Positions 30,288 through 39,109 of a DNA stretch of 64,000 nt are shown here, piece by piece (position 1 is the stretch's first letter; each line of letters opens with the position of its first letter). A program made the translations under genes and the position numbers. The notes beneath the pieces are model-generated. The model saw nothing but the letters and a program-made list of their open reading frames with translations, was not told the origin of the DNA and made no database searches. Source of the stretch: Bacillota bacterium (GTDB taxonomy: Bacteria > Bacillota > DTU065); contig DAIMKF010000006.1 in NCBI GenBank assembly GCA_036721855.1, positions 758 to 64,757 on the forward strand, given 5' to 3'.

Positions 30288-31196
30288 TTAATATCCCTTT
30301 CTGTTCTTTTTATTTGACATTTTCATCTGCTCGGCTATTTTTTGGGCTAACAAAGCATTATGTCTATGACCGGTTTTTACGGCTATGATGTGAGCCAAAA
30401 GACGATATTCTCCTATAAGTGCCAGATCTCCATAGAGATCTAAAAGCTTGTGCCTGGCAACTTCGTCTTCAAAGCGTCGTTCATTGGCAAAGCCATTGCT
30501 ATCGATTAAAACAACCATACTTTCATCTCCACCTAAAGCTAATCCTTTTGAGCGCAAATCATTTAGCCGTTCTTTAAAAGCAATGGTTCTGGCCGGAGCT
30601 AATTCAGTGAGAAAATCATCTTTCTTATCTAAGTAATCAAAAAACATATCTGGAATAGGCATCCCTTCAGAGACAAATGTATAAGAAAGTCTCAGCTGAT
30701 TAGCGGGAACAGCAACAATAAAGGCTTGTCCATCATTAATAGTTATCGTCTCTTTAAGCTTAAACACAGGTTTTGCTTCCTGTTTTACCTGACCACCTAA
30801 AATAAGCTTTTTATAAAACTCCAGAGCTGAACCGTCTAAGGCTGGAAGCTCCGGACCATCAAGCTCTATTTTTATATTATCCAGTCCTAGACCCTGACAA
30901 GCAGCCAGAAAATGCTCTACTGTGAGAATTTTGTCCTTCCCAACATTTAAAGCCGTACAAAGAGGGAGCTCTAAACGGTTTTGCCAAAAAACTCTAACTT
31001 CCGGCTGATTCTCTAAATCAGTTCTGATAAATCTCCTTCCGTAATATGCCTCTTCAGGCAGCACTTTCATTGTCACTACCTTACCTGTATGTAACCCTCT
31101 ACCACTAATTATGACAGGTTTTGCCAGTGTTTGCTGCATAGTTTTAGCAAGTAAGACCCAAAGAATTGGAGACTGACTCGCTTCCTCCTTTAACAT
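30288..31196 (-). CDS. lpxC: UDP-3-O-acyl-GlcNAc deacetylase
   Basis: QQTLAKPVIISGRGLHTGKVV, TVEHFLAACQGLGLDN, and HKLLDLYGDLALIG. The family-typical start is M20 (31139); the ORF opens at 31196. Confidence 0.9.
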   Translation of the reverse strand: MLKEEASQSPILWVLLAKTMQQTLAKPVIISGRGLHTGKVVTMKVLPEEAYYGRRFIRTDLENQPEVRVFWQNRLELPLCTALNVGKDKILTVEHFLAACQGLGLDNIKIELDGPELPALDGSALEFYKKLILGGQVKQEAKPVFKLKETITINDGQAFIVAVPANQLRLSYTFVSEGMPIPDMFFDYLDKKDDFLTELAPARTIAFKERLNDLRSKGLALGGDESMVVLIDSNGFANERRFEDEVARHKLLDLYGDLALIGEYRLLAHIIAVKTGHRHNALLAQKIAEQMKMSNKKNRKGY

Positions 31197-31350
31197 ATTA
31201 TTTTTACTAAGTCTTAGTACTTAAGTAACCCTTATAATTATTCGTCTCTATCTTTTAATCTTATTAAAATACATCAACTCTGAGTTGTTGAACCTTTTCT
31301 AAAATTAACTTCTTGTGAGTATTATTCTGCGAAAGTTTAGAGGTTCCTTC

Positions 31351-31384
31351 AGTAAGAAGCAGGTCCAAAGACCTGCTTCTTACT
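31351..31384 (-). other. Perfect 15-bp stem-loop overlapping the ABC ATPase stop codon, no U-tract
   Basis: AGTAAGAAGCAGGTC caaa GACCTGCTTCTTACT. The stop codon TAA (31380-31382) lies inside the stem. Confidence 0.5.
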
Positions 31385-32120
31385 GTGCTAACTTACTTAA
31401 AGCTTCTTTTGTATCCAAGAGTCTTTCTCTGTACATTATACCAAGATAAGAGGCTGGCTGAGCAAATATTTTCTGAGGCGAAGCTTCTTCCACAATTTTG
31501 CCGGATTCCATAAGAACCAGCCGATCTGCCACTTTTAGAGCAAACGGCATCTCATGGGTTACTACCAACATCGTTTTTCTCTGGGCTAAAGAATCCATAA
31601 TTCGCAAAATCTCATGGACATACATAGGATCAAGAGCTGCTGTTGGTTCATCCCAAAAGATAATATCCGGATCTAGAGCCAGAGCTCTGGCAATACCTAC
31701 CCGTTGTTTTTCACCACCGGAGAGCTGTCTGGGATAGCGAAACCTTTTTTCCCAAAGGCCAACTGATTTTATGGCTTTTTCCGCTTGCGAAATATTTCGG
31801 TTGCCTTCCCAAAGGGCTAACAAAACATTTTCCAGTACGGTAAAATGCTCAAGCAACTGAAATTCTTGAAAAACTATACCCATTTTGCGCCTTTTTTTTC
31901 GTAGCATCTTTTCCGAAAGTGCTTGCAAATTGACACCTTCAAACCAGACTTCTCCTGCCTGAGGTTTAATAAGCCCTAGGGCTACTCTTATAAGAGTAGA
32001 TTTGCCACAACCACTCGGACCTGTCAAAACCACGGTTTCTCCTTCGTTGATGGTAAGATTAATATCTGCGAGAATCTTAATTTTATTTCTTTCTAAAAGT
32101 ATATTGTGTAATTCAAGCAT
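31380..32120 (-). CDS. ABC transporter ATP-binding protein (type-I importer-like NBD)
   Basis: GPSGCGKST, LSGGEKQRVGIARAL, IIFWDEPTAALDP and VTHEMPFA. The start ATG overlaps the upstream permease stop (ATGCTTGA). Confidence 0.85.
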   Translation of the reverse strand: MLELHNILLERNKIKILADINLTINEGETVVLTGPSGCGKSTLIRVALGLIKPQAGEVWFEGVNLQALSEKMLRKKRRKMGIVFQEFQLLEHFTVLENVLLALWEGNRNISQAEKAIKSVGLWEKRFRYPRQLSGGEKQRVGIARALALDPDIIFWDEPTAALDPMYVHEILRIMDSLAQRKTMLVVTHEMPFALKVADRLVLMESGKIVEEASPQKIFAQPASYLGIMYRERLLDTKEALSKLAQ

Positions 32121-33963
32121 GCTTAAACCTCCCCTGAGAAAGCAGCTTGCGGCGATTAATCAGCTGCCAAAGACCCGGTCTGCCGTCTGGGACAATAACC
32201 TGTCGGTAAAGTTCTCTCTTAGAAAGGCCCAATGCCTCGCCTGCTTCAATGCTTTTGGCATTAAGAGGCGAAATACGATTGGCCATGGTAATTAAGAGTG
32301 CACTACCTAAACCTCCGGCTACTATATAGATTACTTTAACTAACAGTGTAGTTGAAAAAGGCATGATTAAAGCTACCAGGCTTATTTCGGTTATACCTAG
32401 AATCCAGCCATAAAAAGGAGCCAAGAAGTTTTGTTTCATAAGCAGGTAACTGCCCCATAACGAATGATCAATGGCTATAAAGACCCAAAGAAGAATGACT
32501 GCGGCTGCTAAAGCCGCTAAGGGTACTATACCGCCAACTACTCCTCCAATTTGGCTTTTAATATCCTCTTTTATTTCAGCTGCGGGTTTGCAAACAACCC
32601 CGGGGATTGTAGGAGCTTTTTCGGTAGTTACAACCCTAAGTGCCTTTTGGCGATTTAAGGATTCTATATCACGCCAGCTTTTATATATATCTTCGTCGCT
32701 CCAAGATGGCAAACTTTCCTTGAGTTTTAATAGTGGGTCTGCGGGTAGAGTTTTAATCCATTCAAGAACCTTGTTCGCAAGATCAGCCCGGAAGTTTTCC
32801 GGTAATCTCCCAATTCGATCCCACAAAATCAGTATCTCCAGCTTAGATCTCAAGGCTTCAGGCAACTCTAAGTTTTGTTTTCTTGCCAACTGTTCTAAAT
32901 CTCTAAGAAGTAGTGAAAAGTCTTGGCCTTGCAGAATCTTGGTTGCTAGTTCTTTGGCGCTTACTTTTAAATCGGTAGCATCGGAAACAGGCGTCCAAGA
33001 CTCAAGATCCCGACGTGGACTTTCTAAACGATAAGTTGGTAGTACTTCTTTAAGACGTCCGCTCCCATCAAGCAGATAAGCCTTTTCATTGCCTTTTAAC
33101 TTTAAGGAGTCTCCGCTTACAAGGTATATACCATCTGTAAAAACACGGGCACGAAATTCGGTTTTGGGCTTGGAACCGATTTTAAGAGATTGATTAGATA
33201 AAATAAGATCAGCTCCGACTGGAAGTTTTTTGTCAAAGACTAATCGGGAATTATAACTTTTTAAAAGTCTGACTGCATCACCCATAACTCCTTCTGTGGA
33301 AGCAGCTAAATACCAGTATTCTTTGCCTTCCAAAGCCTTTTCTATTTCTTTTCGGGCTTTGGCAGCTTCTTGATTAGTCTGATCGGTTAACTCCAGTTCC
33401 CAAACATAGTAAGGAGCAGTTAGAGTCCTTAGCTTATTCTGAACGCTTTCCAAATGCCTTCTATCACGAGCAACCACATAAAGCCCTGTAGGCCCTTTGG
33501 CTGCAAAGCGTATTTCAGGCCAGGTATTTACCTGTTTAATTAATTTAGGATATACCTCCTGAGGTATTCCTTGCACTATAATTGCTGTATCCAGTAAAAG
33601 AGCTAATCCGGCATAACCCGGCAGAGGACCGACAAGTTTAGCTACCTCATCTAAAGCACCGTTTTTCAAATCCTGTTCACTAAATCCTATCAAAATGTGT
33701 GTCTTATCACCTAGTGTTTTACCTACACGATAGCGAAAAGCTTCTCGGCCGGAGTATGTTTCTTGTAAACCTTGCAAAAAACCCAGGGTATTTTTCTTTT
33801 CTACCTGGACAACAACTTGGTAATCTTTTCCCCCGACCAAATCATCTAATCCCCTTTGTACATAGAAGGAAAAGCCATGACCAGCGGCAAGAAGTGCAGT
33901 TGTGAGCAAAATAATTTCCAGAAAAATTACTATGGCTAAATCTGTGTGAATTCCACCACGCAT
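32113..33963 (-). CDS. Atypical ABC membrane component: N-terminal TM, ~440-aa periplasmic domain, three TMs and an EAA coupling loop, then termination
   Basis: EAGEALGLSKRELYRQVIVPDGRPG matches the EAA loop (EAA...G.......F..I.LP) of type-I permeases. Only about 20 aa follow it, so the last two core helices are absent. Confidence 0.5.
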   Translation of the reverse strand: MRGGIHTDLAIVIFLEIILLTTALLAAGHGFSFYVQRGLDDLVGGKDYQVVVQVEKKNTLGFLQGLQETYSGREAFRYRVGKTLGDKTHILIGFSEQDLKNGALDEVAKLVGPLPGYAGLALLLDTAIIVQGIPQEVYPKLIKQVNTWPEIRFAAKGPTGLYVVARDRRHLESVQNKLRTLTAPYYVWELELTDQTNQEAAKARKEIEKALEGKEYWYLAASTEGVMGDAVRLLKSYNSRLVFDKKLPVGADLILSNQSLKIGSKPKTEFRARVFTDGIYLVSGDSLKLKGNEKAYLLDGSGRLKEVLPTYRLESPRRDLESWTPVSDATDLKVSAKELATKILQGQDFSLLLRDLEQLARKQNLELPEALRSKLEILILWDRIGRLPENFRADLANKVLEWIKTLPADPLLKLKESLPSWSDEDIYKSWRDIESLNRQKALRVVTTEKAPTIPGVVCKPAAEIKEDIKSQIGGVVGGIVPLAALAAAVILLWVFIAIDHSLWGSYLLMKQNFLAPFYGWILGITEISLVALIMPFSTTLLVKVIYIVAGGLGSALLITMANRISPLNAKSIEAGEALGLSKRELYRQVIVPDGRPGLWQLINRRKLLSQGRFKHA

Positions 33964-34045
33964 GAGTCTCCCTCCTCTCGCCTCAATTATAGCAGAATCA
34001 ACATCTCTGCCCCATTGGTAAGTTCCTGCATTTTAAACAGAAGCT

Positions 34046-34075
34046 AGAAAAAAAGAGGGGCGGTTAGCCCCTCTT
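34046..34075 (-). terminator. Rho-independent terminator after the aminotransferase gene
   Basis: AAGAGGGGC taac cGCCCCTCTT TTTTTC on the minus strand, immediately after the stop. Confidence 0.7.
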
Positions 34076-34077
34076 CT

Positions 34078-35457
34078 CTATTTACGATTAAAAACACCCG
34101 CTAAAATAGAACTTGAACTTTTTACTGCCATTCCTAGAAAACTTTTATTCGTTTCGAAAATTTTATCAAGTGAGTCAACCACATGATCTATTTCCTCTCT
34201 CTTTACCACAAGAGGAGGTTCTAGCCTGACAACATTGGGATTATTTAGGGTATAGGCGGTAATGACACCATATTTATTTTGCAGTTGTCCCGCCACCAAA
34301 GAACCCAAATACTCTTCTGAAGCGCGGGAGAGAGCTCCTCCGCTTATCTTATCGAGCATACCTTTTGGTTGTTCAAATTCCAAGCCAATTAAAAGCCCCC
34401 GGCCGCGAACTTCTTTGATCAGACCATATTTCCCCTTCAAAGTCTGAAGTTTATTTAACAGATAATCTCCCAACTCTAGGGCTCTTCCGATTAGATTGTC
34501 TTTTTGGATAACCTCCAAAGCAGCTATCCCGGCAGCAGCAGCCCAAGTATTGCCGCCAAAGGTTGTGGTGTGTAAAAGACACTTTTCTTTGGTGCCATAG
34601 GCTTTGTTCCAAATCTCTTCGGTGGTAATAAATACCGAGGAAGGCATAATGCCACCACTTAGAGATTTGGCTATACACATTATATCAGGCTTGGCCTCAT
34701 CCCATTCACAGGCAAACATTTTGCCGGTTCTGCCAAGACCGGTCTGAATTTCATCGGCGATAAACAAAGCTCCATAGGCGTGACAAACTTCTTCTACAGC
34801 CTTCAAATAGCCTTTATCCGGAACTATAATTCCACCTTCACCTTGAATAGGTTCAACGATAAAAGCGGCCACATCGCCTTGTTTTAATCGTTCCTCAAGC
34901 GCTTTAATATCGTTGAAGGGAATCTTGTCACAAGCAGGAACCAGGGGTCTGAAAGGCTCCTGGTACTTTTGTCTGCCGGTTAGAGATAAAGCACCCATAG
35001 TCTTGCCATGAAAAGAACCTATTGTTGAAATAATTGCCGGCTTTTGTGTTGCAATACGAGCAACTTTAAGAGCACCTTCCACAGCTTCAGCGCCACTGTT
35101 GCCAAAGAAACAATGTTTCAGATCTCCTGGTGTAATCTCAGCTAAATTATGTGCCAGCACTCCAGCCAAAGCAGGTAGTGAGGCTTGCATGAAATTAGGA
35201 CGGCCTACAACCTTTTTTATTGTCTCAATAACATAAGGGTGATTGTGGCCGGTGTTTAATGAACCATAACCACCTAAAAAATCAAGGTATTCATTGCCGT
35301 CACTATCCCATACTTTTACGCCCTCAGCTTGGACAAAGAGTTTGTCAAAATCAAGCATGCCAAGCAATGAAGCAAAAGCTGTATTGCCATATTCACGATG
35401 GAGATCGATAATGGATTTTCTGTCTAATTTAAGAGCTTCTTCAATTGTAATCAACAA
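34078..35457 (-). CDS. Class-III PLP-dependent aminotransferase (putrescine / diaminobutyrate / acetylornithine aminotransferase-like)
   Basis: YLDFLGGYGSLNTGHNHP, FFGNSGAEAVEGALK, DEIQTGLGRTGKMFA, and the PLP-Lys context IMCIAKSLSGG. Confidence 0.85.
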   Translation of the reverse strand: MLITIEEALKLDRKSIIDLHREYGNTAFASLLGMLDFDKLFVQAEGVKVWDSDGNEYLDFLGGYGSLNTGHNHPYVIETIKKVVGRPNFMQASLPALAGVLAHNLAEITPGDLKHCFFGNSGAEAVEGALKVARIATQKPAIISTIGSFHGKTMGALSLTGRQKYQEPFRPLVPACDKIPFNDIKALEERLKQGDVAAFIVEPIQGEGGIIVPDKGYLKAVEEVCHAYGALFIADEIQTGLGRTGKMFACEWDEAKPDIMCIAKSLSGGIMPSSVFITTEEIWNKAYGTKEKCLLHTTTFGGNTWAAAAGIAALEVIQKDNLIGRALELGDYLLNKLQTLKGKYGLIKEVRGRGLLIGLEFEQPKGMLDKISGGALSRASEEYLGSLVAGQLQNKYGVITAYTLNNPNVVRLEPPLVVKREEIDHVVDSLDKIFETNKSFLGMAVKSSSSILAGVFNRK

Positions 35458-35466
35458 CTATTCCCC

Positions 35467-36099
35467 CTACTTGGTTTTAGTTTTAAACTCTAATTTACCC
35501 TTGACTTTATAAGTACCCTTGTCTATATTCGCTTCTAAATAGCCATCAGGGCTACTTAAGGTGCGATCTTCTTCGAGAAGTTTGATCTTGCCGGATAACT
35601 TAGCCACACCGGTTTTATCACTAAACTCGAGAATATCACCATAGATAGTTTTCTTCTCATCGTTAATGATTATATTGCCTTCGGCTTTGACATCTTTAAC
35701 TTCTGTCCATAGTTCTACCTCGTTGGCATTGATTGTGAGCTCTTTGTCTTCCCTTTTTTGTTTAATACAAACACCGCCTAGGAGCTTAGCATACTTATTA
35801 TCGGTATCAAAGAAGACCTCTTTGGAGGTAATATTCATATTATCATTGGTAATAAAACATTCACCAAAGGCTCTGGCAATTTTTGTCTTGGTATTATAGA
35901 TCAGCTTCTGGGTGACAATTTGAGTTTTCCCCTGGCTAATCACTATCTCTTTGCCAACTACAGTAACCTCATCACCTTCGCCGCCAACCATTTCACCGTC
36001 TTCGCTAACAGTAAACCATAACTCTTCGTCAGAGGCAACAGCTGTACAACAAATAATAAAAGCTAAGACTACCATAAGAAGTGCTAGTTTTTTCTTCAT
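35467..36099 (-). CDS. LptA/OstA_N-like periplasmic beta-jellyroll protein
   Basis: Signal peptide. Repeated strand pairs typical of OstA_N (ITSKEVFFDTDNKYAKLLGGVCI, INANEVELWTEVKDVKAEGNIII, IYGDILEFSDKTGVAKLSGKIKL). Position next to lptC/lptD. Confidence 0.55.
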   Translation of the reverse strand: MKKKLALLMVVLAFIICCTAVASDEELWFTVSEDGEMVGGEGDEVTVVGKEIVISQGKTQIVTQKLIYNTKTKIARAFGECFITNDNMNITSKEVFFDTDNKYAKLLGGVCIKQKREDKELTINANEVELWTEVKDVKAEGNIIINDEKKTIYGDILEFSDKTGVAKLSGKIKLLEEDRTLSSPDGYLEANIDKGTYKVKGKLEFKTKTK

Positions 36100-36136
36100 G
36101 GATTTATGCCGGCCACACCCGGCCTAGCCCCCTTTC

Positions 36137-36772
36137 TTATCTTAATTTAGAACCGACCCGCACTGTTAAAGGTCCTTTTACGCGGTAGCTTTGGGTCTCC
36201 CAGTTAAATTCTAAGCTTGAACCATAGACACTAAGACCATCGTTATCTTTTAATTCCATGTTTTCGCTTGCATAGAGGATCTTTTTACTTACATCACCTG
36301 AAAGCTTGTCGGAAATAAGTGTGTACCTGTCTGTTTTTACAACAGATGTACCTTCTGTTTCAAACTGTTCTTTGGAGATTTCATATATCACCTTAGGAGC
36401 TGCCAATTCGAAATCTTTTCCTACAGCTGTAATCAGTACATTTCCTATAGCTACTAACCTTTCTTTTTTTTCATACCAATTGGCAATATTAGCTGTCAGT
36501 TTGAGCTCTGGTTTTCCTTCACTATAGGTAAGCACTTCTCCTAGTGCCTGAAACTCAAAATGGGTATCATATTCTATCAGTTGTTCAGCTTCCAAAGAAA
36601 AGGTCGGCTTACCATCTTTGCGTTCAACGATCTCAATCATTTCGATCACTTTTTTATACTCGCTGGGCAATGGTTCGCGTGCAGGCTTTTGGGGTGCCTG
36701 CGTACCACAACCCGTTAAAAGCGATAGGGCTGCAATTAATAAAACCAGGTTTTTAGGCACCCTCAAAGTCAA
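36137..36772 (-). CDS. LptC/OstA-like protein with a lipoprotein signal peptide
   Basis: Lipobox LLTGC. Jellyroll-like strands (LKLTANIANWYEKKERLVAIGNVLI, LAAPKVIYEISKEQFETEG). Confidence 0.45.
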   Translation of the reverse strand: MTLRVPKNLVLLIAALSLLTGCGTQAPQKPAREPLPSEYKKVIEMIEIVERKDGKPTFSLEAEQLIEYDTHFEFQALGEVLTYSEGKPELKLTANIANWYEKKERLVAIGNVLITAVGKDFELAAPKVIYEISKEQFETEGTSVVKTDRYTLISDKLSGDVSKKILYASENMELKDNDGLSVYGSSLEFNWETQSYRVKGPLTVRVGSKLR

Positions 36773-36795
36773 ACCTCCCTTCGAATAAAGCTGAC

Positions 36796-39096
36796 TTAAT
36801 TTCCAGAACTAAGAGCTGAGAGCATATCACTGCTAAATTCCAAACCACTGCTACTGGCTTTAACTTTCATCGGTTTATTACCAATAGCTTTAATTCTAAA
36901 CTCTAGCCAAACAGCTTTGTTGATAGAATCATAAGTTAGATCAAGCTCTCTACAATGCAAATCTCTGCCTAAAGTAACTTTTAGAGTAGTATATTTATTG
37001 GTTTGGGGGTTGAATACAGCTTCACCTCGTAAACTATACAAACCATATTTAAATGTACCTTTACCATTTAATTCTTTGAGTTGCCATTTATCTTTATCTT
37101 TGCTGTAGTTAATACGACCTTCTAAGCTCAGGTTTTCCATAGGTTCAACTTTAATGTTTCCCGCAACTTTAATTGCCTCAAAGGGAACTAGATTATAGAC
37201 ATGCTCAATATTAGCCGTAAGTTTACCATAACTAATTCTGTGGGTGTTATCTAAAGTTTTAAAAGTTGCTTTAGTAAGATCATAACCTGTTTTTATTTCG
37301 GTGGTAACAGCATAAAAGGTATTACGAAGACCAAAATCCAAGCTGTGAATGTTAGATAGTTTATCAAAGCTAAACGGTGAATTGCCGAAAACATCGCGTT
37401 TGGTGTAGTCAATGGTAAAATTCCAGTTCCTTGCCGGCTGATAGCCAAGGCCCAAAGCACTGCGCCAGGAAAGAACATAAGGGCTGAAGGTCTTTAGATT
37501 ATAAACAGTACCCTGACCCTCACCAAGAAGATTGAAGTTTAATCTTGTAGTTATTCTATAGGTTTTTCGACCTAAAACACCTCTGAAACTTAGTTTATCG
37601 CTTTCAATTTTTCTTGGCTCTTCTTTATAATGGCCAACAGTAGTCTCAAACAATATAGGCCAAGTTAAAAGGCTTAGGCTACGAGTCCTTAAAACTAATT
37701 CAGGTTGGCGAAATAACCTACTGTAGGTAGTACTAGCAGTTTCTTCCTGACTTTTATCTTCTTGCTGCCACCTAAGGGTGCCTGTGAGATATTTGGCATT
37801 ATAATTCAAGGTACCATCATAACTTAGAACTGTTATCCAAGGTTGGTTGGCTTTTTGATAATTGCTAAAATTAACAGCTAAATTAGCTCTTACGGCATTG
37901 CTAAGCTTTAGAGACTGACTGGTCTCCAATTTAAATTCTTCTTTAACAGTGGCCGGAGTATTCTCATCACTGTAGCTAAATCTAAGATTACCCGAATAAC
38001 TACTGCCACTGAAACTATAATTTAAACTGGTGTTTTTTAATAATTTGGGAGATAGCTCTGTATAATCCTCTTTATAGGCACCTGTTCCTGAGAGTCTAAA
38101 ATTACCTTTGGCGATGTTAAAACTTCCTGAGGTATCAAAAAGCTTAATCTTGTTAAAAAAAGGATTGTAAATAAGGTAATAACGGGCATTGAGATTATTA
38201 TTATCCTTTGAATAAGCATGCTGTATACCTTGACCAATTCCCAATTTTTTTAAGTAATCAATGTTTATCTCCCCTTTGTTGTAAGCATTTAGGGTATAAA
38301 CATAGGCCAGTTTAACAAAAAAGCCCTCTTTAGCTGATGATCCGAACTGAGGAAACTTCCAATAGTTCTTTTTTTCTTTTAAAGAAACCTGCCAATACGG
38401 GAAATAAAACAAGGGTAATTTCCCTTCTTTATAATAGAGGTTGCGCATAATAAGTTTATCATCTTCATAAATCTCGATTATTTTGGCGGCAATATGATAA
38501 TGAGGATTGTCAAGATTACAAGTGGTAATTTGGCCTCCTTCCAGGCGCAGGTAGTTTTTTTCAAAACTCATTGTTTGACCATAAAGGTAGATCTCATCCT
38601 TAAATTTTTCATTCTCAATGTGACCTCTTACCCCTTTGATGGTACCGGTTTTTGTTTTGTAATTATAGATAAGTTCTTCCCCGGTAAATTCTTTTGTACC
38701 TTCTACAACCCTAACTCCCCCTGAAAAATGTACCACATTGTTTTCCAAATCGACTTCAGCAATATTTCCTTTGGCTGTAAAGTCTGAGCCGCGAATGTTG
38801 ACATCACCTTTGATGGTAACTTTTTTTTCATCACCAGATAGTTCATCATCGGCTGATACTAAAATCTCATCCTCAGCAATATTATCAGATTCTTCTTCTT
38901 CTTTTTTATTAGTTTCTAAAACTTCAGTTTCCAGGGCACTTTCTTGATTGGCTTTTTCTTTTAGTTCAACTTCTGATGAGATGGCAGTCTTTCCATTAAG
39001 GGATGATTTGGCATCATCATTAATTAGATCCTCAGCTAACACACTCATGCTAAGGACTATAATAATTCCTAATATAATTATGCTTGTTTTTTTCAA
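36796..39096 (-). CDS. LptD-like LPS-assembly outer-membrane protein
   Basis: Signal peptide and acidic linker. OstA_N region (VTIKGDVNIRGSDFTAKGNIAEVDLENNVVHFSGGVRVVEG...LIYNYKTKTGTIKGV), then about 550 aa of beta-strand-pattern sequence. Confidence 0.65.
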   Translation of the reverse strand: MKKTSIIILGIIIVLSMSVLAEDLINDDAKSSLNGKTAISSEVELKEKANQESALETEVLETNKKEEEESDNIAEDEILVSADDELSGDEKKVTIKGDVNIRGSDFTAKGNIAEVDLENNVVHFSGGVRVVEGTKEFTGEELIYNYKTKTGTIKGVRGHIENEKFKDEIYLYGQTMSFEKNYLRLEGGQITTCNLDNPHYHIAAKIIEIYEDDKLIMRNLYYKEGKLPLFYFPYWQVSLKEKKNYWKFPQFGSSAKEGFFVKLAYVYTLNAYNKGEINIDYLKKLGIGQGIQHAYSKDNNNLNARYYLIYNPFFNKIKLFDTSGSFNIAKGNFRLSGTGAYKEDYTELSPKLLKNTSLNYSFSGSSYSGNLRFSYSDENTPATVKEEFKLETSQSLKLSNAVRANLAVNFSNYQKANQPWITVLSYDGTLNYNAKYLTGTLRWQQEDKSQEETASTTYSRLFRQPELVLRTRSLSLLTWPILFETTVGHYKEEPRKIESDKLSFRGVLGRKTYRITTRLNFNLLGEGQGTVYNLKTFSPYVLSWRSALGLGYQPARNWNFTIDYTKRDVFGNSPFSFDKLSNIHSLDFGLRNTFYAVTTEIKTGYDLTKATFKTLDNTHRISYGKLTANIEHVYNLVPFEAIKVAGNIKVEPMENLSLEGRINYSKDKDKWQLKELNGKGTFKYGLYSLRGEAVFNPQTNKYTTLKVTLGRDLHCRELDLTYDSINKAVWLEFRIKAIGNKPMKVKASSSGLEFSSDMLSALSSGN

Positions 39097-39109
39097 ATCA
39101 ATCCCTCCT

